Assembly (NCBI GenBank): GCA_963828465.1
Contig: CAWHEU010000024.1
Location: 85,569 to 149,568 of the forward strand
Source of the DNA: an uncultured Acidobacteriota bacterium
Lineage (GTDB): Bacteria; Actinomycetota; Acidimicrobiia; Spongiisociales; ZC4RG35
Direction of reading: 5' to 3'
Length of the DNA stretch: 64,000 nucleotides
The notes beneath the pieces are model-generated. The model had not been told where the DNA came from, searched no databases, and saw only the letters and a program-made list of their open reading frames with translations. The position numbers and the translations under genes are program-made. Of the stretch, positions 47,406 through 57,319 are shown in pieces. Numbering within the stretch: the first letter of the stretch is position 1; each line of letters begins with the position of its first letter.

Positions 47406-48236
47406 ATGCGCTTGGTGTTCGCCGTCGATGTCGGGGATCTGGCCGAAACCTCGATAGACCCCTGGAGCGCAGTACTCGCGGTGGTTGTCCTGATCGTCGC
47501 CTGGATTCTGTCGCGAATCACCCGAAAATCCACCGCCAGGGTCCTGACCAAGCTGGAGGGCATCTCCGACGAGATGCGCGCCTTCATCGCCCGCCTCGCC
47601 GGCTACGTCGTGATCTTTCTTGGGGTCGGCGTTGCCCTTGCACTTCTCGGTGCGGCAATCCAGCCGCTCATCACAGTCGCCATCGTCTTTGGCGTGATTC
47701 TGGCCCTTGCCCTGCGCGGCATCGCCGACAACTTCGCCTCGGGCATCGTTCTCCAGACCCGCCGCCCAATCCATATCGGTGACGAGGTCGAGTCCTTGGG
47801 CTATGTAGGAAACGTCCTCGATATGGATAGTCGGGCGGTGGTCATCGAGACCTTCGATGGCCGAACCGTCCACTTGCCCAATTCAGAGGTGCTGGGTGAT
47901 CCCCTCATCAATCATTCGACGAAGGGGGCACGCCGTTCGGAGGTGGAGGTGCGGGTTCGGTCGAAGGATGTCGAGGGGACCGGTCAAAGACTCATCGCAA
48001 CAGTCGCAGATGTCTCAGGGGTTCTCCCCGAACCAAAGCCAGCGGTCTTCCTGACCGCGATCGACCCTGTGCGGGTGACGGCACTCGTCTACTTCTGGCA
48101 TCAACCGGCCGACGGTCTCACAGTTCGGACGGATGTGATCCGGGCATTAGCCGCAGCGGGGCGGGAGCGCACGGAGATGGCAACGATCGTCGCCCCCCAA
48201 CCAGCGGCGCCGCTCACACCGTCGCCATGGATCTGA
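47406..48236 (+). CDS. Small-conductance mechanosensitive channel (MscS family)
   Basis: LALRGIADNFASG, RPIHIGDEV, VHLPN. Confidence 0.88.
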   Translation: MRLVFAVDVGDLAETSIDPWSAVLAVVVLIVAWILSRITRKSTARVLTKLEGISDEMRAFIARLAGYVVIFLGVGVALALLGAAIQPLITVAIVFGVILALALRGIADNFASGIVLQTRRPIHIGDEVESLGYVGNVLDMDSRAVVIETFDGRTVHLPNSEVLGDPLINHSTKGARRSEVEVRVRSKDVEGTGQRLIATVADVSGVLPEPKPAVFLTAIDPVRVTALVYFWHQPADGLTVRTDVIRALAAAGRERTEMATIVAPQPAAPLTPSPWI

Positions 48237-48257
48237 TCTCGACATCCACAACACAGA

Positions 48258-48674
48258 TCAGGTGTGGAGCACTCCGGATCGGGCGATGGCCCATATGACG
48301 AACACATCCACGGCAACGATGAAGAGGGCCCACACCGGGTAGTAGGGGATGAAGCCGAAATTGGCGATAGCACTGAGCACTGCCAGGACGAGGGCGAAAA
48401 TGGCCGCCGCCCTGCTCCCCGAGTAGAGGGACATGCCGGAAATCACCACCAGAATGCCGAAGACGAGGTGGATCCAACCCCAAGTCGACACGTCGAGGGT
48501 GACGACGTAGTTGGGGAGGGTCACGAAGAACTCGTCGTTGGCAATTGCAGAAATTGCCTGAAAGACCTGCATGATCCCGCCGACGATCATCAAGGTGGCG
48601 GCGAACATGACGCCGATCCCGGCAGCCAACTCCCCACCCGAGATGTCGGGTGGCTCTACTTCCCTGTGCGCCAT
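48258..48674 (-). CDS. Actinobacterial 4-TM membrane protein (DUF7144-like)
   Basis: WGWIHLVFG, IPYYPVWA..VIWA; GAGGAGG RBS. Confidence 0.78.
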   Translation of the reverse strand: MAHREVEPPDISGGELAAGIGVMFAATLMIVGGIMQVFQAISAIANDEFFVTLPNYVVTLDVSTWGWIHLVFGILVVISGMSLYSGSRAAAIFALVLAVLSAIANFGFIPYYPVWALFIVAVDVFVIWAIARSGVLHT

Positions 48675-48811
48675 GCCGTCCTCCTCGGTTCCAGCGGATT
48701 CGACGTTCGAAGCTACACCTGAAGCATCGGCGCAGCCAAGAGGTCAGTCGGCGAACAGCCGTGATGTAAGAGGTGAACCCGTTGCCCTCCAGCTAGCGGA
48801 GCATCTCGACC

Positions 48812-48835
48812 TGACGAGGATGGTTTGTCAGCCAT
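48812..48835 (-). pseudogene. Possible 5' vestige of an arylsulfatase gene
   Basis: AAGGAG RBS, then ATG GCT GAC AAA CC ATC CTC GTC = MADKP(N)ILV, overlapping the FGE stop. Confidence 0.4.
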
Positions 48836-49820
48836 CCGCGGCATCTCCTTCTTCGTTCGAGGCCTTGTCGCGGACCACGCATCGGAATCCGAGATGTGAC
48901 ATGGAGGTGTCGATCGTCTGCGGCTGTCGTGCTGCGGGTCGGTAGCGGAGGCAGTAGTTGGGGGCACAGAGGTGTGAGCCTCCTTTGATGACCCGGCGAG
49001 GGATGTGCTCGCCGGGCTGGCCCGGGTTGTAACTCTGCTCCGGTGAGGTCACCCGAGGATTGGTAGGGACACAGCAGGCGTGCTCGACCTGGTCCGGGTG
49101 ACGTGGGATGTACCAGTCGATGGTCCACTCCCAGACGTTCCCGGTCATGTCGTAGAGCCCATACCCGTTGGCGGGGTAGCTGCCCACGGGCGAAGTCCCT
49201 TCGAAACCGTCGACCTTCAGGTTCTCCCAGGGAAACTCCCCTTGCCAGCTGTTGGTCATTGCCTTGCCATCGGGGAAGTGCTCGTCGCCCCAGGCGAAGG
49301 TGGCTCCGTCGAGCCCGCCCCGACAGGCGAACTCCCACTCCGCCTCAGTAGGCAGGTCCTTACCCATCCAATCGGCATACGACCTGGCATCCTCCCAGGC
49401 GATGTGCACCACGGGGTGGTCGCCCTTCCCGTGGAACGTCGTCCCCGGCCCGCCCGGGCGTCGCCAGTGCGCCCTGGGCACGTACTCCCACCAGTTCCGA
49501 TAATCGTTCAGGTCGACCGGTCCCGTCGTCTTGTGGAACACCAGGGAACCGGGCACCAGCAGATCGGGGTCCGCGTCGGGGAAGTCGGCCGGGTCGAGCG
49601 GCCGCTCGGCGACCGTGATGTAGCCCGTCTCCTTGACGAATCTGCGGAACTCGGCGTTGGTCACCGGGTGCTCGTCCATCCAGAATCCGTCGACCGCTAC
49701 CTCATGCACCGGCTTCTCATCGGGGTAGAAGTCCTCCGAGCCCATGCGAAATTGGCCGCCCGGGATCCGGCGCATGCCCTCCCGACCGTGCCTCCCGAGG
49801 GATACCTGAATTTCAGTCAC
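48828..49820 (-). CDS. Formylglycine-generating enzyme (SUMF1/FGE)
   Basis: HPVVH, LPTEAEWEFA, GNVWEW, KGGSHLCAPNYCLRYRPAAR, HLGFRC. Confidence 0.93.
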   Translation of the reverse strand: MTEIQVSLGRHGREGMRRIPGGQFRMGSEDFYPDEKPVHEVAVDGFWMDEHPVTNAEFRRFVKETGYITVAERPLDPADFPDADPDLLVPGSLVFHKTTGPVDLNDYRNWWEYVPRAHWRRPGGPGTTFHGKGDHPVVHIAWEDARSYADWMGKDLPTEAEWEFACRGGLDGATFAWGDEHFPDGKAMTNSWQGEFPWENLKVDGFEGTSPVGSYPANGYGLYDMTGNVWEWTIDWYIPRHPDQVEHACCVPTNPRVTSPEQSYNPGQPGEHIPRRVIKGGSHLCAPNYCLRYRPAARQPQTIDTSMSHLGFRCVVRDKASNEEGDAADG

Positions 49821-49880
49821 CTGTCGCTGGACCCACGGCGGCGAACCTAGCGCCTCGCATTTAGGGCGTTGTTCAGTGAC

Positions 49881-50666
49881 CTACTGCTGCCGATTCCTCT
49901 GATCGCGCCAGGACAACCAGTCTTTCAGCGGGGCGAGGTCCCACGACTCCCGACCGTCGAACGAGAAGGTGAGAAGTGTGGCCCCTGCCTCGACATATCC
50001 GTCACCTGACTCCGGTTTGAGCGGGTTGGCGCCGCAGGAACGCTCGATCTCGTTCGGGTCCCGCCCTTCCGTCGCGCACCACTCGTCGAGCACCTCGCAC
50101 TTGTGCCGGATCGTGTCGGGTCGCCCCCACCCGTGCCAGATGTCGGCATGACGGGCGGCGTAGCGGAGGGTCCGGCGCTCCCCGCCACCACCGATCAGGA
50201 TCGGGATCTCCCGGATCGGTGCGGGGTTCAGCTGCGCCCAGCGGTTCTCGATCCTGGGCAGCGCATCCCTCAGGTCACTGAGACGGGTACCGGGAGTGCC
50301 GAACTCGTATCCGTACTCCTCGTAGTCACGTTCGAACCATCCGGCACCGATCCCCAGAATCAGCCGGCCGCCGGAGATGTGATCCACAGTGCGCGCCATA
50401 TCGGCGAGTAGTTCGGGATTGCGATAGCTGTTGGCCGTGACCAGTGCGCCGATCTCGACCCGTTCGGTGACCTCGGCAAAAGAGGCCAGCATCGTCCAGC
50501 TCTCGAAGTGCTTGCCGTCAGGGTCCCCGCTGAGGGGAAAGAAGTGGTCCCAATTGAAGACGACGTCCACCCCCATCTCGTCTGCACGCACGGCGGCAGC
50601 CCTGATCTGGGCGTAGTCACCGTGTTGCGGCTGTAGTTGGACCGCAATCCGTACCGGTCTGCTCAC
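49881..50666 (-). CDS. LLM class F420-dependent oxidoreductase
   Basis: NWDHFFPL, YRNPELLADMARTVDHISGGR, IGGGGE. Confidence 0.9.
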   Translation of the reverse strand: MSRPVRIAVQLQPQHGDYAQIRAAAVRADEMGVDVVFNWDHFFPLSGDPDGKHFESWTMLASFAEVTERVEIGALVTANSYRNPELLADMARTVDHISGGRLILGIGAGWFERDYEEYGYEFGTPGTRLSDLRDALPRIENRWAQLNPAPIREIPILIGGGGERRTLRYAARHADIWHGWGRPDTIRHKCEVLDEWCATEGRDPNEIERSCGANPLKPESGDGYVEAGATLLTFSFDGRESWDLAPLKDWLSWRDQRNRQQ

Positions 50667-50675
50667 CAGCCGAAC

Positions 50676-51437
50676 CTATCCCCGCCGGGCGAAGACGATG
50701 GCGATCAGCCGCAGGATCTCGATGTAGAGCCAGATGATGGTGACCATCAGACCGAAGGCGGCGAACCAGGAGAACGCCCTCGGCGCCCCGGTCGCGATGC
50801 CGTGCTCGATCACCGAGAAGTCGAGGAGGAGGTTCAGGGCGGCGACGATCACAACGAAGATGCTGAACACGAGCGCGCCAGTGCCGACCCCGGTGACCAG
50901 TGGGACGTTGACGCCGAAGATGGACAGGAGCAAGGTGGCCAGATAGAAGAGACCGATCCCGACTGTGGCGATGATGATCACCGACCGGGTCTTCTGGGTC
51001 ACCCTGATTATCCGGAAGACATATAGGAGAAGGGCCCCGACGAACACCGCAACGGTGGCCGTGAGGGCGAGGAACACGATGCCCTCGTAGAAGGTCTCGT
51101 AGATCTTCGAGATCGACCCAACGAGAGCGCCCTGCCCCAGCGAGTAGACGATGCCGGTGATCGGAGCCAGGCGGGGGCGGGCCACGGTGGCGAAGACCAG
51201 CACCAGCAGGCCGATGATGAACAGCCAGTACCAACGTTGCACCGCCACGGCGTTGGCCCATCCATAGGCCGCCCCGGCCACTACCAGCAGCAACAGGAAG
51301 AAGGTGGCAGCGGCCACCGAGCCGATCGTCATCCTCTTCTCGCCGGTGGCTGTCGTCGCAGGAGGCGGCGCGGTCTGGAGGCTGGCGTCGGACGCGGCCG
51401 GTTCCCCGAATTGCTTGGTCAGTACTGGATTGGCCAT
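50676..51437 (-). CDS. Bax inhibitor-1/YccA-like membrane protein
   Basis: NLLLDF, AFGLMVTIIWLYIEILRL. Confidence 0.85.
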   Translation of the reverse strand: MANPVLTKQFGEPAASDASLQTAPPPATTATGEKRMTIGSVAAATFFLLLLVVAGAAYGWANAVAVQRWYWLFIIGLLVLVFATVARPRLAPITGIVYSLGQGALVGSISKIYETFYEGIVFLALTATVAVFVGALLLYVFRIIRVTQKTRSVIIIATVGIGLFYLATLLLSIFGVNVPLVTGVGTGALVFSIFVVIVAALNLLLDFSVIEHGIATGAPRAFSWFAAFGLMVTIIWLYIEILRLIAIVFARRG

Positions 51438-51484
51438 GGAGACAGACTATGGCTCACGAGCCATGCTTCGACGGTGGGCGGCCG

Positions 51485-52828
51485 TCAGTTTTGCCCTCCC
51501 AATGTCTGCAAGGTCAGGGCCTGCGCAATGATCAGTCGTTCGATCTCGCTCAGATCCACGCTCTCGTTGGAAGCATGAATTTTCGCCTGGGCGACATCCT
51601 CTGCTCCCCACAGGATCACCTCGGCGCTCGGGCTGATTCCCTGGAGACGGGCCACCAGCGGGATCGAGCCGCCGCTTCCCATGAAGCCTGCATCGGTCTC
51701 GTAGGCCGCGGCCATTGCCTCTATCGCAGCCTTGACCGCGGGCCCGTCCATCTTCGCCGCGAATGGGTAGCCGACCCGCACTTTCTCCACCTCGACGTGC
51801 ACACCCCACGGCGCCACGTTCTTCAAATGTTCGATGAGCAAACCCACCTCGTTTTCGGAATCGGCGCCGGGCGGGATCCGCATCGAGATCTTGGCCGCCG
51901 CCTCCGGGATCACGACATTGGCGGCATCCTTGACCGTGGGAGCGTCGATCCCGATGACCGAGGCGGCCGGGCGGGACCAAAGGCGGGCACCGACGGTGCC
52001 CGAGCCGATCAGTTCCGCCCCGTCGACCATCCCCGCAGCTTCGCGGAACGCATCAGGATCCATCTCACTGCCCGACCACTCGAACTTGGCCAGGCCGGGG
52101 ACGATGGTGTCGCCTGCATCGTCGTGGAGGCTGGCGAGGATCTGGATGAGTGCGAGAAGGGCGTCCGGTGCTGCCCCGCCAAATAGCCCGGAGTGCGCCG
52201 GGTGGTGGAGGGCACTCACCTTGACGACCACGACAACATTGCCGCGAAGGGTGGTGGTCACCGCCGGCACACCGGCCGCCGGGTTGCCCATGTCGGCGAT
52301 CACATACGTATCCGCCTGAAAGAGCTCAGGATGGGCGTCGACGTAGGGCCCGATGTGGCTGACTGTCTCCTCCTCGCCCTCGATGAGGATGCGGAGATTC
52401 ACCGGGAGGTCCCCTTGGAAGACCCCGAGGGTCCCGGCATGGATGATCACGCCGCTCTTGTCATCTGCCGCCCCGCGTCCATAGAGGCGCCCGTCCTTGA
52501 GCTCTGCTTTCCAGGGATCAGTGTCCCATCCGGCCTCGACCGGTGCGGGCTGTACGTCGTAGTGGGCGTACAAGAGGACGGTGGGGGCGCCTTCAGGCCC
52601 CGGCATGTCGCCGTAGATCGCGGGCTTTCCCTCGCCGAGGTCGAGCTCACGAACCTCGGCCCCATGCTTCTCGAGGAGCGCCATCGACGCTCGGCGCATG
52701 TCGTGAACCGGTTCCTCCGGATATCCGGGGAACGAACAGGAGGCATGACTCACGAGGTCTTTGAGGTCTTCGGTGAGTCCGGGCATGAGGGACTTGGTTC
52801 GCGAGCGGATTTCGTCAGTAGTCAGCAT
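51485..52828 (-). CDS. M20/M25/M40 family metallo-dipeptidase
   Basis: YAHYDVQP, YGRGAADDK, EGEEE, HSG, GGSIP, IHASNE. Confidence 0.9.
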   Translation of the reverse strand: MLTTDEIRSRTKSLMPGLTEDLKDLVSHASCSFPGYPEEPVHDMRRASMALLEKHGAEVRELDLGEGKPAIYGDMPGPEGAPTVLLYAHYDVQPAPVEAGWDTDPWKAELKDGRLYGRGAADDKSGVIIHAGTLGVFQGDLPVNLRILIEGEEETVSHIGPYVDAHPELFQADTYVIADMGNPAAGVPAVTTTLRGNVVVVVKVSALHHPAHSGLFGGAAPDALLALIQILASLHDDAGDTIVPGLAKFEWSGSEMDPDAFREAAGMVDGAELIGSGTVGARLWSRPAASVIGIDAPTVKDAANVVIPEAAAKISMRIPPGADSENEVGLLIEHLKNVAPWGVHVEVEKVRVGYPFAAKMDGPAVKAAIEAMAAAYETDAGFMGSGGSIPLVARLQGISPSAEVILWGAEDVAQAKIHASNESVDLSEIERLIIAQALTLQTLGGQN

Positions 52829-52875
52829 CTCTGTCTCCTGTAGGTCGTCTTTCGTCCCAGTCGATAACCGGATTT

Positions 52876-54189
52876 CTACCCCGTCGCGGATGTTGCCTGC
52901 CGGCGGCGAAACACTGCGCTCCAGACGAGCTCGAGCACGACGGCGAGACCGAGGACCACGATCATGGCGACGAACGTCTCCGGTGCGGTTTGCCAGGTCT
53001 GTATCCCGAACACCAGAAGGACCACGGCTGTGGACAGGATGCCGAGGACGATTATCACAAGGTTGGAGCCGGTCTCAGCCCTGAGCCGCATCCCGGCGAG
53101 GGCCACCATGAGGAAGATGACCAGTGCCACGACGCTACCCAGCGATGCGATCGCGGTCAGGTCTACGAGCAGGGCGAGGAGCAGGACGAGGATCGAGGAG
53201 ACACCCATGCCCATGGTGCTCCCGAATCGTCCCGGGTGGGCGAACTTCGGAGGGAACTGGCCGCTGCGGGCAAGGGCAGAGGTCAGGCCGACGACACCGT
53301 AGACGTTGGCATTCACCGAGGTGAACGTGGCGAGGAGGGCGGCGATTGCCATCATGGCGAATCCGGCATCACCGAGCACTGGCCGTGCCGCCTCGGCGAG
53401 TGCGGTCTCCCCGTAGCCGATCACCTGATCGACCGTGAGGGTTCCGAACACTCCGAGGGAGATGAGGATGTAAAGAGCAGTTGTGATTCCGAGCGCTATG
53501 TAGGTGGCCTTGGGGAGGTTGCGCGCCGGGTCCGGCAGGTCCTCTCCGGCATAGCTGATGACGGCGAACCCCAGGTAGGCGAAGAAGGTGAGAGCAATGC
53601 TGGAGATGATGTCGAAGGCGCGGGGGTAGAGGGAAGGGGAGAGCAACTCGGCATCCATCTGACCCAGCGTCACTGCGATGAAGACGGCGAAGACGGCCAT
53701 CAGTATCACCACTACCAACGACTGGATCTTGCTGATCGCGTCGGCTCCGAGGATCTGTACCGCAGCCACCACCACGATGACACCTGCGGTGAAGAGATTC
53801 GCCGCGGTGGCGCTCGCACCTTCGCCGACGAACAGAGCAACGGCGTAGCTGCCGAATGACACCGCCACCATTGCGGTGATGATGATTGCGGCGAAATAGA
53901 GGAGCCAGGCAAAGGTCCCGACGAGATGCCCGACTCCGAATCCCTGCGTGAGGAAGGTGACCAGCCCGCCCGAAGACGGATAGCGAGCCCCGAGCTTGGC
54001 GACAACGTATCCAAGAAGGGTCGCGATCACCCCTCCCAAGAGGAAGGAGAGCCAGGTGGCGGCACCGGCCACCGCACCTGCTTCACCAAGCAGCGCGAAG
54101 ATGCCGGCGCCAACCATGGCCCCGATGCCGAGCGATGCCGCCCCGCGGACGGTCATGCCGCCCGATGCCGGCTTTTCAGAGGCGGTCAT
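52876..54189 (-). CDS. APC family amino acid permease
   Basis: GAMVGAGIF, FFAYLGF, about 12 TM segments. Confidence 0.9.
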   Translation of the reverse strand: MTASEKPASGGMTVRGAASLGIGAMVGAGIFALLGEAGAVAGAATWLSFLLGGVIATLLGYVVAKLGARYPSSGGLVTFLTQGFGVGHLVGTFAWLLYFAAIIITAMVAVSFGSYAVALFVGEGASATAANLFTAGVIVVVAAVQILGADAISKIQSLVVVILMAVFAVFIAVTLGQMDAELLSPSLYPRAFDIISSIALTFFAYLGFAVISYAGEDLPDPARNLPKATYIALGITTALYILISLGVFGTLTVDQVIGYGETALAEAARPVLGDAGFAMMAIAALLATFTSVNANVYGVVGLTSALARSGQFPPKFAHPGRFGSTMGMGVSSILVLLLALLVDLTAIASLGSVVALVIFLMVALAGMRLRAETGSNLVIIVLGILSTAVVLLVFGIQTWQTAPETFVAMIVVLGLAVVLELVWSAVFRRRQATSATG

Positions 54190-54202
54190 CTCGACTTTGT
54201 GA

Positions 54203-55543
54203 TCAGTAGAAGATCACCCCGATCAAGGCACCAACCAACACCGAGGTCACGGTCATGATCAGCATCGGGACGAAGAAGCTGTGGTCGAGCAGCTTCGTTC
54301 CCAGCTTCGTGGACCCGGTGAGGTCGAAGTTGGCTGCGGCGATCTGCGTGCCGTTGGCGGGGAGGGTGTAGACACCACCCAGGGCACCACCCCACATACC
54401 GGTGACCAGACCGGGGGCCAGACCCGCTGCCAAACCGATCGGAACGATGGTTCGGGTTGCTGTCGACTGGCTCGTCGTCAACGCAGCGACCAGGAACACG
54501 GCGAGGGCGAAGATCCACACCGCCTGATTCACCCATCCACCGATGGTGGTGACGATGAACTCCTCATGGGCTGCGATGAAGGTCGCCGTCAGCCAGGCGA
54601 TGCCGAACAGTGCGATGGCCGAGACCATTCCCGCCTTGAACACCGAAGCCCCGGGGACCTCGCTCACATCTGGCTTCGAAATCAGGATGATGAGGACACC
54701 GACCGTGAACATCACGAGCTCGATGGTCGTGGTCATGTCGATCGTGACCAGTTCCCCCTCGACCTCGAAAGCGGGCCGCAGGTCGGGGAACAGGCCAAGG
54801 ATGACGATGGCGAGCACACCGAGGAGGAAGATGATCCCCGCGTTGCGCCCCTCCTTGGTGGAGGTCAACTCGATCTTCTCGCCGGATGTCTCGGGCCGAG
54901 CCAGCTCGCCAGAGGCGATCTTGGCCTGAATCTCCGGATCGTCATCGATGTCCTTGCCCATCCGCCCCATGACCAGGGCGGTGACAATGATTCCTATGAC
55001 ACCCGCCGGGAACGTGATCGACAGAATTTGAGCCAGGTCGAAGTTGTAAGGCTCGACCGCAGTCAGGGTCACCATTGCAGCCATCGCCGCCGAGACCGGG
55101 GACGCGGCCAGCGACATCCCGGACTGAACGACGGTGACTGTCAGCGGGCGTGAGGGCCGGATGCCGTTCTGATAGGAGACGTCATAGATCACCGGAAGGA
55201 GGGGGTAGAGGATGTTGCTCGTCCCCGCGCCAACAGTGAAGAGAAAGGCGGTGAGCGGGGCGATCACCGTGATCTGCCTGGGGTGACGCTGGATAACGCC
55301 GGCAGCGATCTTGACCATCCAGTCGACCCCGCCCGCCACTTGCATCAGTGCTGCCGCGGTGACCACGGCGAGGATGATCAGCAGGGCCGATATCGGCGGC
55401 TCACCGGGTGCCTCTTGGAAGACGAAGACCAGGACGGCGACACCGAGACCACCCCAAACGCCGATCCCGACTCCCCCGGCACGGGTGCCCATGACGATGG
55501 CGGCGAGGACCACCACCGCCTCGAGGATGAATGTGATGTCCAA
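54203..55543 (-). CDS. Anaerobic C4-dicarboxylate transporter (DcuA/DcuB family)
   Basis: GGVGIG, IRPSRPL, ASPVSAA, FDLTGSTK..HSFF; AAGGAG RBS with TTG start. Confidence 0.88.
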   Translation of the reverse strand: MDITFILEAVVVLAAIVMGTRAGGVGIGVWGGLGVAVLVFVFQEAPGEPPISALLIILAVVTAAALMQVAGGVDWMVKIAAGVIQRHPRQITVIAPLTAFLFTVGAGTSNILYPLLPVIYDVSYQNGIRPSRPLTVTVVQSGMSLAASPVSAAMAAMVTLTAVEPYNFDLAQILSITFPAGVIGIIVTALVMGRMGKDIDDDPEIQAKIASGELARPETSGEKIELTSTKEGRNAGIIFLLGVLAIVILGLFPDLRPAFEVEGELVTIDMTTTIELVMFTVGVLIILISKPDVSEVPGASVFKAGMVSAIALFGIAWLTATFIAAHEEFIVTTIGGWVNQAVWIFALAVFLVAALTTSQSTATRTIVPIGLAAGLAPGLVTGMWGGALGGVYTLPANGTQIAAANFDLTGSTKLGTKLLDHSFFVPMLIMTVTSVLVGALIGVIFY

Positions 55544-55561
55544 TTTGGCTCCTTTTCCGGG

Positions 55562-55978
55562 TCAGTCCGTGCCGCAGACGATGTCGAGTCGTTCTTGGAG
55601 GGCGTTGTATGCCGTGACCGAAGCGTCCAGTGAATCCTGCATGAGCGGCTGGGCCACTTCCAGGCCTTCCTCACCGAGGTCGAAGGCCACCTGTCTCAAT
55701 TCGGTCAAGTTGAAAGTGAGGTTCGAGACCGCCTGGTCGTAGAGGCCCTCAGTGGCTTCTTGGAACTGCTCCAACTGGACGACCACCTCGTCGACGGTCT
55801 CCACCACGTCGGCGGCACTGGCGGTTGCCGGGTCCAAGCTCTCGACCTGGGCCACTGCTTCCTGCAGGTCTTCGTATTGCCGGCAGAGATCCCGCTCCTG
55901 GGCGTTCCCGCATGCTGCGAGCGTCAGGGCGAGCGCGGTCGTGGCGACCAACCATGCTCGTCGGCGGACTCCGGTCAT
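55562..55978 (-). CDS. Hypothetical helical lipoprotein
   Basis: Lipobox LAAC; two further Cys near the termini. Confidence 0.72.
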   Translation of the reverse strand: MTGVRRRAWLVATTALALTLAACGNAQERDLCRQYEDLQEAVAQVESLDPATASAADVVETVDEVVVQLEQFQEATEGLYDQAVSNLTFNLTELRQVAFDLGEEGLEVAQPLMQDSLDASVTAYNALQERLDIVCGTD

Positions 55979-55991
55979 CGTGCCGCTCCCT

Positions 55992-57125
55992 TCAATCCGG
56001 TTCCTGGGTGACGATCGTCACGAGGATTTTGCACGCCATGACCATGTCATCGATGGCAATGTGCTCGGTAGCGGCGTGCTCATCGACCATGCCTGTGGCC
56101 ATAGCGACACAGGCTATTCCGTGGGCATTGAAGAAATTGCCATCTGTTCCTCCGCCGCTCTTTCGTGGAATCACCTCGAGCCCCAGCGACCTGATCGCCC
56201 GGGCTGCCTCGCGGTAAGGGCGCTCCGTCTCCTCGATGTGGTAGGTCCGGTAGATCTCCTCGGCCTCGAAGTCCAGAGTCGCCCCATGACGGTCGGCAGC
56301 CTCGGTCAGCGCGGAACGCATGGCGTCCAGCTGGGCGTCCAGCTTTTCCTGGTCGTGGCTTCGTGCCATGCCCTGGAGGGTGACCTCGCCGGGCACGATG
56401 TTGCGTGCCTCTCCACCCGTGATGGTCCCGATGTTGGCCACCGTCTCCTCGTCGATGCGACCCAGCGGCATCGCGGCGATCGCCTCGGCGGCCACCTTCA
56501 CTGCGTTGATGCCCTTTTCGGGCTCCACGCCGGCGTGGGCTTTCTTGCCGTGAATCGTCGCCGTGATGTAGACCGAGGTTGGCGTCCAGTAAGTGATGGC
56601 GCCGATAGCACCGGCGGTGTCGAATACGAACCCATAGGTCGAGATCAGACGACTCAGGTCCATTTGGCGGGATCCGAGCAACCCACTCTCTTCACCAACG
56701 GAGATGACGAACTCGAGGGTCGGATGCTCCACCTCGGGTTGGGAGCGGAGGACGGTCAGCAGCTCGAGACATCCCGCAATGCCGGACTTGTCATCGGCGC
56801 CGAGGATCGTCGTCCCATCGGTCTTGATGACACCGTCCTCGATGATGGGTTGGATTCCCACATCGGTCCCCGCCGTGTCCATGTGGGTCGAGAGCAGCAC
56901 GGTGTCTGGCCGGGTGCCGGGTAGGACGGCGACCAGGTTCCCGATGTCATCCATGGATACGGTGCAACCGAGGGCGATGAATCTCGCCTCGAGCTCTTTG
57001 CCGATCTCCTCCTCGTGCCCGGTCGGGCTGTCAATAGAGACCAGATCGAGGAATGTATGCACGAGTCGATCGCGGTCGACGGCTTCAGCGAGCATGGCCA
57101 CTCGCGCCGATATCGATGCGGTCAC
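55992..57125 (-). CDS. M20 peptidase T-like protein
   Basis: HMDT, LGADDKSG, GEE, AHAG..PEKG, GGTDGN. Confidence 0.88.
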   Translation of the reverse strand: MTASISARVAMLAEAVDRDRLVHTFLDLVSIDSPTGHEEEIGKELEARFIALGCTVSMDDIGNLVAVLPGTRPDTVLLSTHMDTAGTDVGIQPIIEDGVIKTDGTTILGADDKSGIAGCLELLTVLRSQPEVEHPTLEFVISVGEESGLLGSRQMDLSRLISTYGFVFDTAGAIGAITYWTPTSVYITATIHGKKAHAGVEPEKGINAVKVAAEAIAAMPLGRIDEETVANIGTITGGEARNIVPGEVTLQGMARSHDQEKLDAQLDAMRSALTEAADRHGATLDFEAEEIYRTYHIEETERPYREAARAIRSLGLEVIPRKSGGGTDGNFFNAHGIACVAMATGMVDEHAATEHIAIDDMVMACKILVTIVTQEPD

Positions 57126-57319
57126 CCCAACTCATCGTGCGGCACTCTATATCCCGCCGAAACCCCTCACGTCGCCTTTGTGAGGTGATTCATTCGATTC
57201 GGCCATCGAAAGCAACCGACCTGCGAAGCGGATCAATACAGTGGCCCTGTGCCGCTTGCCCACCTGCCAGATTCGCTAACTGCACGCGGCGCCGCACCCA
57301 CGTCGGGCGACGCGATTAG

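Noticed and set aside
48828-49820. EgtB/SenA (ergothioneine or selenoneine) role for the FGE-fold protein together with selD
   Set aside because: No DinB-like N-terminal domain with the HxxxH iron motif; it has true FGE catalytic cysteines and lies about 19 kb from selD
47339-49875. Similar 15-mers (TAAGGGCGCTGTTGA and TTAGGGCGTTGTTCA) flanking mscS, the DUF7144-like gene and FGE as island ends
   Set aside because: Only 12 of 15 identical, and no integrase, transposase or tRNA nearby; may be chance
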